DNA of 63,950 bases, counting the filler, from Octopus bimaculoides (taxonomy: Eukaryota): the NCBI RefSeq assembly GCF_001194135.2. It is 5 parts of 5 records of this genome, joined end to end, with 100 filler letters (N's around TTAATTAATTAA, not from the genome) between each part and the next. Parts side by side here need not be neighbours in the genome. Positions count along the whole stretch, not along the records: positions 1 to 29,241 come from NC_068982.1; positions 29,342 to 46,888 come from NC_068997.1; 3 more parts are not named here. The stretch is one strand, 5' to 3'. Positions within the stretch are counted from its first letter, which is position 1. Each line of letters opens with the position of its first letter. Positions 24,041 to 36,689 of the stretch are shown here, piece after piece. Below the pieces are notes generated by a model. That model did not search any database, was not told the origin of the DNA, and was given only the letters and a program-made list of their open reading frames with translations. The position numbers and the translations under genes are program-made.

Positions 24041-26889
24041 CGACGATCTTACCTTTATGTGAAGCCAGTTAATGCAAGTGAGGAAATTTTGGTAAATAAT
24101 TGTAGCAGACTGAGGCTCCCCTACTTTGGTTCACATAATTAGGTATTATAGCCAAGTGTTTCCTACAATATTATAGTATCAGGTCTTATGTAATCATTGT
24201 GTTATGCATTTTCCCGATACACTTTCACATCATGAGTGAAATAAATGGAACTGACCGAGAGCTAAAACCATTACAACATATATTGTGTTTTGAGGCAGAA
24301 TATAACTCTTTCTTCTTTTAGGAGGGTAAAGTCGGTTACATCGACCTCAGGACCTGAGAGTTCCTGGGAGAATAAATGAGTGTCTAACTTAACCACAATA
24401 TGATCTCGTAAGTTAATAACTAAATTTTATAACTAAATTTTACAACGCATTTCTTCCATCGCACTACTGATTCTCCTAGTCCACTAACCCTATAAATATT
24501 GATATTTGAAGTAAAAAATCAGTTTTAATTTACATCAATAAAGAAAGGGATAGGATAAATATAATATATACTTAGAATGACATATGTCAGAACAAATTAA
24601 ACCTCGTGAGATTAGTTGTAGAATAATATCAATGTTTGACAATCTTCTACTTTGTAACTTAAATAAGCTTTAATATTGAATTAGCCTTGAAACAGTTATA
24701 CTATCACTTCGAAGAGCACAATGCTTCCGAATTTTATGGATATGTATAAAGGCTTCATTGTTTCTCCAGGATAGTTATGGCATAACTGAAATGAAATGGC
24801 TTGGAACTAAAAGCAAAGCCGATTCGTAGATTTCTAGAAAATGAGATTATGGTGACTATCAGAAGAAAGAAAGGCATTTATTGAAATGGCTTAACGTTTA
24901 GCAATACAATAGTCAACATCATTTTATATGTGTTTCTCTTAGTAGTCCATTTTCAATTTGACATAATCTCCAATTGCAGTTAAATCCATAATGTGTCAGA
25001 ATGGCTTCTCATCCTTTTAAAGTCCTGAAAGTATGAAAGTAAACCAATGGAATTTCTCCTAAAGTATATCTTTGCATCTATTGACATTTATTTCCAATTA
25101 CGGAAGTATTAGGCAAGTATTGTAATAGTGTTTGTCTAATACGAAACAAAGGTCTGTATCCTGTCACAGCTTCACTAACAAATCTCCTGAAATGTATCAG
25201 GTTTGTTTTTCATCTCCTGGATTTATTGTAAATGCGTAAAAGAATGCATTTATTCACTGGATTTTCTCGATCCCAGCCGACTCAGGTATAACAAAATCAA
25301 TGAAACACAGTGAAGGCCTCCAGAAGATCGCTCGACTTGCTCGAAAATAAACCAATTATCCCTTACATCAAGCCCTATCACTTTTTTTGCAGGGTGGTGG
25401 AATAAAGAAAACAACAGTATATAGTCTTGTTTTGCAAAATCCCGAATGCAACCATACGAACATCTTTCGCAACAAAAACAGCGACAATATTAATATCATA
25501 CTAACAGCTTTACTTTATGGTCAACTCGATAAGCGTTTACCTGGTGATAAACACCACAGAAGAGCTAACGAGGTAGTTTCTATGTAGTTACTCGGCCTGC
25601 TAGAATTAGCAGTCAAATTCACAACATGAACGCTACTGTTTTAGTAAAACACGATAAATCGAATAATAAAGTCCGCGGTTAACGATACCAATAACAATTC
25701 TATCCGGACCGTTGTTACAAGAATGCCTCCAGTCACATTTCTTTTGTCCTATCAAGGTTGACATAGAACTAAGGGGCAACAGGTAAAGCAGAAATTACTG
25801 AAATCAGTTACTACTCTGTGTAGAGTAGCTACGATCAATTGTTTACCGGTGGAATTAATGTTTGTTGTTAATATATATTCCTTGGTGGTAATGGAATCCC
25901 TTTATTTAGGAAACAGTTAGGCTGTTGAAGAAACGCTTTCTATTTCCAACTGGTGTGCGCTCTGTGTATTGCTGAAATATACAGTTCAGTAATGTATATT
26001 AACAGTTGAACTATGGTTTATTACCGTGATTATGAATATTTGGCAAGAATAGTGAACTATATACAATTAATTGTTGAGTATGATTATAGGCTTCATCAAT
26101 TACAACTCTTCTCTTCTCAAATATGACAATAACCTTATCATTGAAAATATGTAGAAAGTGGTGTGCTATTCCTTATAGCTTCATTTAGTGTGAATACATA
26201 AGAGATTGTCGTTCATTATCCAGGATATTCATGACATAATTGAAACGTAATGAAATGGTTAAGAACTATGATCAAAAACCGATGCATTTAAGCTTGTGCA
26301 TGTTACGCTAACAAAGAAAACACTTTACTTCTAACCGAATTGATATCAACTGTGCCACAACTTGGTCGGAATGACGTTCTTTCTGTTTTTGCAACAGCTT
26401 TTTCTCTCTAGAATCTATTACTCGAGATTTAGATTCAGTTGAATATTAGGTATTTGTATTAAAAAATTAAACCGGTTTTTCTCCTTTCCCTTCATTTATA
26501 TATTTGTCTTAGATAATCTCTTCTGGCTCAGACTTCTCGCTTTGTTATTATCTAAAACTTTATGTGAAATAGCACAATAAAAGGCATCCATAGTGTTCTT
26601 TCGTTCAATACACTAAGCAACAACCCATGAAGCATATTTGGTGACGCTTGGTTTTACCGACTGAGTAGTATATGCTACGTTCATGAGACATATCCAGATC
26701 AACTTCAAACTACGCTGTCTATATTTTAACTAATTCTGATCATCAACTGATATTCTTGGCGTTCAAAACCCACCTACAGGGAGTATTTGCCTGCTAATTG
26801 CTTCTGCCATCTTTGTTATCAGACGTTTTTGTTTACATCTCATTATATTACATATCTTAGCCCAAACCGTAATTTCATTTATAATACAG

Positions 26890-26955
26890 AACGCTGCTAT
26901 TCAGAGCTTTTGTCTCAGCTACATTGTCTACAAAGAAGCGACCTGATTTCTAAAA
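26890..26955 (+). other. Isolated symmetric 66-nt exon-like segment (ERCYSELLSQLHCLQRSDLISK)
   Basis: Acceptor atttcatttataatacag, donor AAA|gtatgt, only the phase 1-1 frame open. Confidence 0.2.
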
Positions 26956-27331
26956 GTATGTCAAGCAAGTTATGGCTTTGTTTCTATTTAGAATTCTCTC
27001 ACTATCATTATTCTATCTAGATTCATTTATATTTAAATATAAAACTTCATTTATATTCAAATTTGCTTTTCAGTTTTAATTCTGAGAGAAGTGTTCACAG
27101 GTTTATACTCTTCTGAGACCACTAATAATCATTTGTAAACTTTTATGATAAAGCAGAAGAAGTCTTCCTCTCTAAAATTGATTTATTTACTTCACAGCTA
27201 ACACTATTCTTTTCTTTGTTACTCTATTTATATTTTTTATCTTTTATTTTTTTTCTTCTACATTTATTATCTCTCGCTTCATTTTCCGTCTTTAATAGCT
27301 TTTTCTCTTCTCTCTCTCTCTCTCTCTCTTT

Positions 27332-27371
<40 letters not shown>

Positions 27372-27409
27372 CACACGCAGAGAAAGGGATAGATAGATAA
27401 ACAGACAGA

Positions 27410-27720
27410 CAGACAGAAGATAGATACATTTCTTTTATTAGCCACACAGGGCTCAACAAAGATGGGACAGATACAATGTAGAGCTTTTCTTTTTGGGAGG
27501 GGGAAGGAAAAAAAAGCAAAAAAAACAATAGGGATCGTAGGAAGGGGAAAAGGGGGGAGTTCGATCAAAAGGGATCGAGAAAAAAAAAGCGATCAATAGG
27601 GATCGTGTATCACACAGTAATGTTCTCGTGTAAAAAGAGGGGAGGACAGTTTAGATTTAGCCGTTGAAAGAAAAGCCTGCGGAAAAGACCACGGCATGCC
27701 CAGTCCTCCTTTTAACGGGT
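27410..27720 (-). mobile_element. Retroposon 3' tail (LINE 3' UTR-like) between microsatellites
   Basis: Pyrimidine-rich minus strand ending aataaaagaaat followed by a (TATC)n tail; internal gggatcg repeats. Confidence 0.45.
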
Positions 27721-27726
27721 GTTAGC

Positions 27727-27788
<62 letters not shown>

Positions 27789-28179
27789 GTTTCAAAGCAG
27801 CATAGTTGATATGTGGCATTGGGAAATTGAGTGAAAAGGAATTTTAGAAAACATTTACCGCACAAGATGCCAAGCAATGAAAACGAAAGCAAATCAAAAA
27901 GATAAGGAGCTGTGACTGTTATTTCTAGCAAATCGATCTACCGGGTTGATGTTCGTAAAACTGTTGTCGCATAGACCCAGCTTAATCCTGCTTGAGAAAA
28001 ATATGATAAAAACATCCCAGTGTTTCGAATAGAAAAGATTACATTCATCTAATCCTTTCCTTTTATGGTCGTAGCATTTGTTATGAGAGGAAGATTTAGC
28101 AAGTATTTCTAGTGGATCGGTGGACTACACATAGGTTTGCATTTTGCTTGGTGGCTGCTTCAGATATTGTTTAGCCCCA

Positions 28180-28430
28180 GATAGTGAAGGCACATACCCT
28201 GCGATAAGTGTGCTGCACTCATGATCGCAAGATCGTAGTTTCAATTCCTAGAAATGTCGATGCGTTGTGCTCTTGATCATTGCACTTCATTTCATGTTAC
28301 TCTATCTAATCCGCTATAAATGAGTAACCCTACATCAGACTGGGGTCCAGTTTAAGAGGAGAATTATGATCTCGGTTGCTCATATCCCATGAAACCAGGT
28401 AACAGTCTCAAACCCAAGAACCGTATGAGT
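28180..28430 (+). mobile_element. Old tRNA-derived SINE
   Basis: Decayed head catgatcgcaagatcgtagtttcaattcc followed by gcgttgtgctcttg body. Confidence 0.55.
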
Positions 28431-29285
28431 TCTAGGGTTTGAGGTTATATTGTCTTGGAAATGTTAGCTCTAGATTCCCCTTGATCGTTCTAATCTCTGA
28501 TAAAAAGGATCTGATAACCTTGATTATCATCCCCCGTTTGTGTATATGGAAGTTCGTCACTTGATATGTTAGCCTATTTTTAAGGCGCCGCTGCCTAGTA
28601 TTACGAGCAGTTCATGAATTATCTCTGATGGACCATCTCACGGTCTTTTTTTTTATCATATAGATGTATATGTGTGTTTATTTCCTTTTTACACTTTATC
28701 TCTACTTGTGTGGATATTAACAAACATGCGGGTTACTATCTGAGTGTGCACGCGTGTACGCATAAATGCGTTCATTCAGTGTGCAGAAGTTGGCGTAAGT
28801 CGATCGTGTGATGCCAAATGCATATAGCAATACAATGCAAAATTTCACTCGCAAACATTTACAGGAAAACGTTAACAAGTGGATACTGACATAAAAGCCA
28901 AACCATCAAAAATTTGACTGTAACAAACAAAGGAACACGTGAGTGCAACTGTATAGGGCTAACGGTCAAATGAACTTTGACAGGAAAGTGTACATCAGTT
29001 CAAGCAGTGTAAGAAACAACACAGACACCAAGTATATTCAGTTCTTCAAAATGAGACTGGTGACCTGCAGACTTTGAATAAGAATTCAGTAACTTTATTG
29101 TTCTCTACCAAATGCAAAAACCTTTGAGAAAATACGAACGATCTAAATATAAAAGACAAAACTTGAACACAATAAAGAATTTAATGAAAAATATACATGC
29201 TTAAACATGTATACGTGTGTGTGTGTGTGTGTGTGTGTGTGNNNNNNNNNNNNNNNNNNNNNNNNNNNNNNNNNNNNNNNNNNNN

Positions 29286-29297
29286 TTAATTAATTAA
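29286..29297. other. TTAATTAATTAA scaffolding linker inside an N gap (also 46933-46944, 52859-52870, 55213-55224)
   Basis: Identical 12-mer with stops in all six frames, flanked on both sides by N runs; an assembly artefact. Confidence 0.95.
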
Positions 29298-29367
29298 NNN
29301 NNNNNNNNNNNNNNNNNNNNNNNNNNNNNNNNNNNNNNNNNGTGTGTGTGTGTGTGTGTGTGTGAGC

Positions 29368-29405
<38 letters not shown>

Positions 29406-29429
29406 GTGTTTGCTGGGTGAGTGTGTTCC

Positions 29430-29680
29430 ATAATGAAATGGTTGCACTTCTAAGGGGAGCCGTGTTCCGCACAGTAGTGCTTACACTGTGGTATGAAACG
29501 AGTGCCGTAAAGCTGTGAGTTAACTGTAAAAGGAAGAGTATTTTACAAAGCATTGGTTCCATTGCTAGCTGAAATAAGTTCCACGTTGCAGTATTTACAT
29601 TGCTAGGCATGACAAAGTAGTGGATACACTGGAAAGGAAAATTTGATGTCACAAGACGTTGCTCAACAATGTAAAAAATT
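29430..29680 (+). mobile_element. Decayed RTE-like LINE fragment
   Basis: VFRTVVLTLWYE and RCSIYIARHDKVVDTLER resemble the RTE post-RT region. Confidence 0.5.
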
Positions 29681-30691
29681 TATCATATATTGCCAAACCA
29701 GACACATACCATTTGAAATCTCAAACCAGCCTTCATCGGTATCCTGTTAATGACTTCTGAGTGCTGTGTGTTTTCGTGAAGGCATTTCAAGAACGTGTGA
29801 GCCATTGCTGCATTCCTTATATAGTTGATAGTACATAATATTTAGATAAGTTTGCAGTTCATAGAAGGAAATTATTTTACATTAAAAAAGTGAATATGAT
29901 AGTTGCGGTTATTCATTTCGTGAAGACAGAGAGTTTAGCTCTATAGAAGTCGTCCTTTGATGGTATATATAATATAGGTAATCACTTTTCCGCTCTCGGA
30001 GAAAACATATATGAGTATATTAAAGTGAGTTTTATTCCCTATTCACTCCGCTTGCACAAAATACAGCAATTTCCATGGTTAAAATAGTTGGATATTGAGT
30101 ACATATATGTTAGTTAAAAATAACACAGTATTGTTGTATAGTTGTGTCATATATTCTACGAATGTAGTATGTTATGTTTCCTTATTTTATTAAATAACTT
30201 GCAAAGAAACAATTCATAAACGAATTTAGCTCGATACAAAGCGCATTTCAAATTATTTTATAGAAAGAATAATCGTTTTTGTTACTAATGAGAAATATGA
30301 ATATTTACGAATAGAAAATTTAAGCATGAGGCAAGTGAGCTATACTCATAGATCTATATGTTTTGATTTGCGTCAGGCACACATACATATATAGCTTAGA
30401 GTCAAGTAAACACCATGCACGATTTGCTACACATATGTACACATTTAATAACAATTAAAAAAATTCCCTCGTTTTATTTGACAGAATGTGTTTATTATTT
30501 TTTCTCGGCAAAATTTATTCTGTATGTTTCCTGTAAGAGAAAGCTTCAAGCAAAAGTAAGACACAATTAACTTTGCAGCTGAATGCTAATTATANNNNNN
30601 NNNNNNNNNNNNNNNNNNNNNNNNNNNNNNNNNNNNNNNNNNNNNNNNNNNNNNNNNNNNNNNNNNNNNNNNNNNNNNNNNNNNNNNNNNN

Positions 30692-30727
<36 letters not shown>

Positions 30728-31044
30728 CACATACACATGCGTGTGTGTAAATATACGAATGTTTTTATAAAACTTATGCATATGCATGTAACACAAACAC
30801 ATGTATATACTTACTCATGTATGTATCGATATATGTATGTATGCATATATGTATGCATTCATATAACTTTATATATATATGTGTGTGTGTATGTGAGTGT
30901 GAGTGTATATCTTTGTATGTTTTGTATGTATATATGTATAAATACATATATATATACTTATATAGATATATTGGAGTATTTTTCTTTACATAAATTATAT
31001 TTGGTATATTTTACATGCACATACGTGCGTATATATTTATATAC

Positions 31045-31080
<36 letters not shown>

Positions 31081-31181
31081 NNNNNNNNNNTATATATATA
31101 TATATATATACGCACATACAAAACTGGATATATATGCATGTGTTAGCATAATATTTTCTAGAGAGAACAAAGTAATAAATG

Positions 31182-31361
31182 TTAACGCTCTGAAAGTAGA
31201 GCTTTCTGAAAATATTTCCTCAATGATTTCCCCAGATGTATCTGGCCAAATGAATTCACTGTTTCACTATAAGCCTCTCTCTTCCCAGTATGCAGTAATG
31301 CTAATTGATATTCGTTTTCCTTTAAATTTGCTTCTATTCTCATTACGTAAAACTGTTTCAC
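31182..31361 (-). other. Terminal-exon-like 59-codon frame (VKQFYVMRIEANLKENEYQLALL...ALLSER*)
   Basis: Acceptor ctaatatttag followed by an open phase-0 frame in unique sequence; no upstream partner found; overlaps a plus-strand ORF. Confidence 0.15.
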
Positions 31362-31567
31362 CTAAATATTAGACTGCATATAGTTGGGAAGACACATGCA
31401 GTCAACATACACATGTCCATGCATATACATGTATTTACAAAACACTCGCATACACGCACACACGCAGACATGCACACACACACACACACACACGCACATA
31501 CACACTCACTAGGACACACATAGCCACATGCTCTTTGATCATCTTTGTCTCATTTTCACTTTCACCC

Positions 31568-31602
<35 letters not shown>

Positions 31603-31846
31603 CGTCTAGCTAGCTAGCTAACTATATATAACTATTATGTATCTATCTATCTATTTATCTACCTCGAATACAAAATAGGGCAGCACATACGGAAGATCAT
31701 AATACTGTTCAAAGACAAATTGCGAAATAGGTCTTAGATAGAGGTAAATTCAGAAAGCGAGAGAGAGGGAGAGAGAAGAAAAGAGAGAGAGAGAGAGAAG
31801 GAACAAAGAGAGAGAGAGAAGGAAGAAGAGATAGATAGATAGAGAT

Positions 31847-31911
<65 letters not shown>

Positions 31912-32823
31912 GAGAGAAGAGAAATAGAGCGGAAGATGTGAGAAAATATTAATAGACGTTAAGTGGGTGTTAGATAGTAAAACTGAGTGCGTGTTTGTCA
32001 AGTGAATGTCAATTAGCTTTGCTTTGATGCATGTGAGGTGTGATAAAGCTTATTGGTGAATTCAATTCATCACTGACTACTTGGGAATATATTTTAAAAA
32101 ATTCACCACACACTACTTGCAAGCATAACATATGTGCCCCATCGCACATATATCTATGAAATAAACACACACATAGTCGCACCCATACATGTTTCTATGT
32201 ATTCAAAAACTGATCGGGTCGCGAAATGTTTTCTCCCATGAGAGTTCCGGACCCCAAAAGTAATTTATGGGCGCACAACAAGTGATGGGCGATAAGATAA
32301 GGCCACTTGGGTAAGGAATGACCATGCTTCTTTTCTCTTTTAATAATGCTTGTTATTTACTTTGTAAAACAGTAAGGGAAGAGGATTGGTAGCACATCAC
32401 CCCTACCTACATTTCCCCACCCACATCTTTACCATATGGGGCCCTAACAAAATCCGATAATAGATATAGATGCAAATCTAATTACTTGCCTCCTAAAATC
32501 AGGCATAACTTGGCGATTGGTCGACTTACAACACCGTTCTTCGTCTTGAGTTTACTTCGTAGAGTGTTTTACCAAGAGATTGGTTGTTTTTAACACATTC
32601 ACGAATGCATCTAGGCATAATCTGAGAGCTGAACGGCAATTTTCCTTTCATACTTTTCAAACAATCATTCAACGGTCTGCCAGCATTAATGTGGTTTCTC
32701 CCACCACCAACCATCTTTCACCTGGATGCTGCAGTTGTTTGCATACCAGTTATCTTCATATTAACTAGAGATTTTCGTTTGTGGGGGGAAAAATTCGCAC
32801 CAGAGATTTTCGTTTTTTTTTTG

Positions 32824-33134
32824 CCAAGAGCAAGTGCTACACCAGAATATCGACTAAAGCAGCAAAGCGCAGAGCTAATGTAGTATCTGTTCCAGAAGTT
32901 AGTTCCAGAAGTTGCTTAGTGAATATTTTCCACTGGTCCCCCAAGGAATTCTTTGTCTTGAACATAACTTTGTTGTAAAACAAGAAAAGCTTTGTTTAGC
33001 CCTTTGCTTATTGGGTCACTTCCATCCTCAACACTTGATTTTGACAACAAGGTCAAGGTGAGCTCTGATTGGCTGTATGCAAATGAGTTGATTACTAGGG
33101 TCCGAAACTCTTGTGGGAAAAAAATTCGCGGCTG
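32824..33134. repeat. 311-bp near-identical direct duplication, copy 1
   Basis: Matches 34216-34526 with 3 visible substitutions. Confidence 0.95.
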
Positions 33135-33479
33135 GATCAGCATGTTAGTAGACAGTTAAATACAAAGGGAAGCCACCGTGTATTTCAATTTTGTATTAAA
33201 TTTTACATGTAACAGATCTCATGGGTGGCAACATAAAATATCAGACCATCGCATGGGTTATGGGGTCTCACACGGATAATGTAGAAAACTGGAAGAAGCT
33301 GGATCATATGAACTATATAGAGAAAAACACTATATGTTAATTGTCAGACATAAATGCATTATGATTCACATAATCTGAAATAACTTACTATAAATAAAAG
33401 GTACTATAAACAAAAGATTTTTGTACAACTTGCGGATGGGACTATGCGGCAAATAGATCCTGTTGAAATTGAATTCGTC

Positions 33480-33980
33480 GTCATGTATCGTACGCATGCA
33501 GAGCATTGAAGACACTATAACGAATGTCTTCCCGATTAGGCGTTAGGCCTACAGCTGCCTTGCATCATTTGTCCAGCCAGCTCTTGATACTGTCGATTCA
33601 TTGCGTTCTTTGCCTGCTTCTGGATCTGTACTCTTCCTTCTATGATAATGTTTTGCTGACCTCTGCTTCTTCGTATACGGTTTTAATAAATGATATTTTT
33701 TTCACAATATTCAGAATCTGACATATTTCACCTTCTTGTAATACCCATTCATATATCCGATGGTCCTCGTAAGAGATTCGCAATATTCTCCTATACACCC
33801 ACATTTGAAACACATTGATTTTATTCACTTCAAATGATAGAGTCGAGAAGGCATTAAATCTTCATTGTATTTAACTCGGCTAATAAGAAAGCAAGTTTCA
33901 AACTGGGCAGTGAGAGATTCGAACAAGTCGTATGGAACAAGTATCTTGAACAAGAACCCAAATCTCTGAAGAAGTCACAT
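33480..33980 (-). mobile_element. RTE LINE 3' end with an inverted 5' segment
   Basis: 33480-33860 (-): NKINVFQMWVYRRILRISYED; 33895-33975 (+) matches the GSEKLEQV..AQISDE segment of the 23.4-kb copy. Confidence 0.75.
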
Positions 33981-34215
33981 ACGAGAATTATATATAATTA
34001 TATATAATTGATTAATTAATTAATTAATTAATTGATTGATTCTAACCAGGAGAATATGTTCTAAATTGAGTAAAGAAGTAAATTCTGGCTACATGTAAGT
34101 TAAGCGGTGACAGCAGCGTACGTATTTGCAGTTAAAATACTTAATTCATTTGTTGTACTTGCTGTGTTTGATGCCTCACCCACGACAACTTACAATTTCA
34201 TAGTCCATTCCATGA

Positions 34216-34526
34216 CCAAGAGCAAGTGCTACACCAGAATATCGACTAAAGCAGCAAAGCGCAGAGCTAATGTAGTATCTGTTCCAGAAGTTAGTTCCAG
34301 AAGTTGCTTAGTGAATATTTTCCACTGGTCCCCCAAGGAATTTTTTGTCTTGAACATAACTTTGTTGTAAAACAAGAAAAGCTTTGTTTAGCCCTTTGCT
34401 TATTGGGTCACTTCCATCCTCAGCTCTTGATTTTGACAACAAGGTCAAGGTGAGCTCTGATTGGCTGTATGCAAATGAGTTGATTACTAGGGTCCGAAAC
34501 TCTTGTGGGAAAAAAATTCGCGGCTG
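34216..34526. repeat. 311-bp near-identical direct duplication, copy 2
   Basis: Matches 32824-33134. Confidence 0.95.
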
Positions 34527-34787
34527 CATAAGCCAGTAAACTCATGGAGATAGACCCGTGGGAGGGTTTGAGGATATTCAGTGATACTAAAAGTAACATA
34601 GAGTGACGGTGTGTGTCCTAATGGGTAGACTCTACACATCGACAAAAAGATCGCAAGACATTCTACCCGGTAGAGTGTCTTGCAATATTTTGGTGATCTT
34701 GTAATCGTGATTTCGATTCCCGTGCGTGGCAGTGTATTGTGTTCTTGAGAGAAACACTTCATATCACGTTGTTTTAGTCTACTTGTG

Positions 34788-35025
34788 TGGAGGCGCAATA
34801 GCCTAGTGGTTAGGGCAGGGGACTCGCGGTCATAGGATCGCGGTTTCGATTCTCAGACCGGGCGTTGTGAGTNNNNNNNNNNCGATTAGGCTGTTCCGTT
34901 GATCGGATCAACCGGAACCCTCGACGTCGCAAGCGACGGAGTGCCAACAGCAACAACAGTCTACTTAGCAGAATAACGCTACGCCGGATTGGTGTCGCAT
35001 TTAAAGGATATGTTGTGATCTCGGT
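34788..35025 (+). mobile_element. Young tRNA-derived SINE (small internal N gap), preceded by an older SINE piece at 34690-34785
   Basis: A box TAGCCTAGTGG (34799-34809), B box GGTTTCGATTC (34842-34852), non-tRNA body, (CAA)n tail. Confidence 0.8.
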
Positions 35026-35693
35026 CATTTTTACGTCATGGAAAGCGGGTAACTAGCCCTCGGAACCTTAGACCTCGGAGACGATAATGTCCAGAGAACT
35101 CACTTTTACGAGTGCACAGAAAACAGTTTACTCTTGATAAAAACAAAAAACGTGTCAAGATATTTGAAGACATTCTTAAGATTACAAATTAGCTACGGAA
35201 AATAATTTTAGAGAATAACTAGTATTTGAGATATATCGTGCTGAGGGAGAAGTACCATATGAACTCAGAAAACAATTCTTGAAGCGTAATTTTTCCAATA
35301 GCTAGGGAGAGAAAAGGAACTATTCGGGCTGAAATTTTAGCAACTCTTAAAGAAAAGTGAAATTATTTCAAGAAACTCGAGATTAATTTTTCAAAAGAAT
35401 CTGACTTTTTTTAACGGGCAAGCACACAGTTATGGTCATGCTTAAGTTATATTAAAACTTTTCAGCTGAATGCATTTTGATCAGCAAAGAAAGAAATTAA
35501 GAATAGATTTACGAAGTTCTTGACCAGGAGAATTTACACATTTATACTTTACACAATACTTTACACAATATCAGTAGGTGTTCGGACTAATTTGACATAA
35601 AAGGAAAAGAAGGGATAGTATCCCATCTAAAAATAGAAGCATTACAAAAAAAAATCCAAAATATCAACTAGAATATGGCTGGGAAATAGCAGA

Positions 35694-35990
35694 TTACTCA
35701 AAGTAGCCACTGTCACCTACCAACACAGCCTCAAGACGGCTTCTGAACCTGGTGCATGCGTTCCTCACTGTGCCCCAGGGAAAATCTTCAAACATCTCGG
35801 CTTTGGTGTTATAGGTAGAGCGGTTAGTGTATTTCTCAATCGTGGCCCACGCATTATATTACATAGGATTATAATCAGGAGAATTAGGAGGTAAAACATT
35901 GTGACTAGTGAAGTCGTACGAGAGACCATTTCTGACGCTTTACGCAGATATGGCAAGGAGCCGAATCCTATTGGTACACATATGACTTTC
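35694..35990 (-). mobile_element. Tc1/mariner-superfamily (maT/DD37D-like) transposase C-terminal fragment
   Basis: LPPNSPDYNPM*YNAWATIEKYTNRSTYNTKAE..VRNACTRFRSRLEAVLVGDSGYFE*. Confidence 0.8.
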
Positions 35991-36330
35991 TAGCAACAAA
36001 CCTTTCCAGCTGTGTATCGACCATAATATGTCACATGTGTTTATATATTGTTATTATTGTCCTTGTAGTAAACAAATAAACAAGTAAATTGACACAATAC
36101 AATGTCTGCAAGTTGATGAACACCACCTATTAATCCCCTCCATTTTCTTATTGCTATATAAATTAATGGTAAAATAACTTTTTACCCGCACCAGCACTTG
36201 GTAATGTAATTGCCATGCAATGAAAAAACACTAGTGTAATAATATTTGGGTATTCTTCCAGCAGTATATTGGATAGATATTATCTCTTAGTGGGTTGGAT
36301 TCACAACCCGTAACTTTCTTGGATTTATAT

Positions 36331-36361
<31 letters not shown>

Positions 36362-36630
36362 NNNNNNNNNNNNNNNNNNNNNNNNNNNNNNNNNNNNNNN
36401 NNNNNNNNNNNNNNNNNNNNNNNNNNNNNNNNNNNNNNNNNNNNNNNNNNNNNNNNNNNNNNNNNNNNNNNNNNNNNNNNNNNNNNNNNNNNNNNNNNNN
36501 NNNNNNNNNNNNNNNNNNATATATACTGGAGTAAGCACATAAAATGTGAAATAAGGTGGAAAAAAGAGTACTCAAATACCAGAGGTAGAGTAATATGCTT
36601 TATTTAAAAGCAGCAGAAATATAACAAAAG

Positions 36631-36670
36631 ACTGTTACTCGGAGTTTCACGTTCCCGTTCATCGAACAGT
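36631..36670 (-). ncRNA. Well-formed minimal type I hammerhead motif in a short interspersed repeat (36520-36680)
   Basis: ACTGT-TCGATGA-ACG ggaa CGT-GAA-ACT ccg AGT-A-ACAGT: all three stems pair, GNRA loop II, GUA triplet; the core has U3/C4. Confidence 0.7.
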
Positions 36671-36689
36671 TCTGTTAGAAATGGGAAAA

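Noticed and set aside
15989-25200. Five plus-strand AG...GT segments of exactly 31 nt (15989, 16485, 18144, 18230, 25170), some chaining in frame
   Set aside because: They share no sequence similarity, donors were chosen post hoc (stronger alternatives exist at 16004 and 16568), the chained peptide is unremarkable, and they conflict with the better minus-strand model.
28864-28938. AG...GTGAGT exon-like segment
   Set aside because: Stops occur in all three frames, and the surroundings look like decayed repeat.
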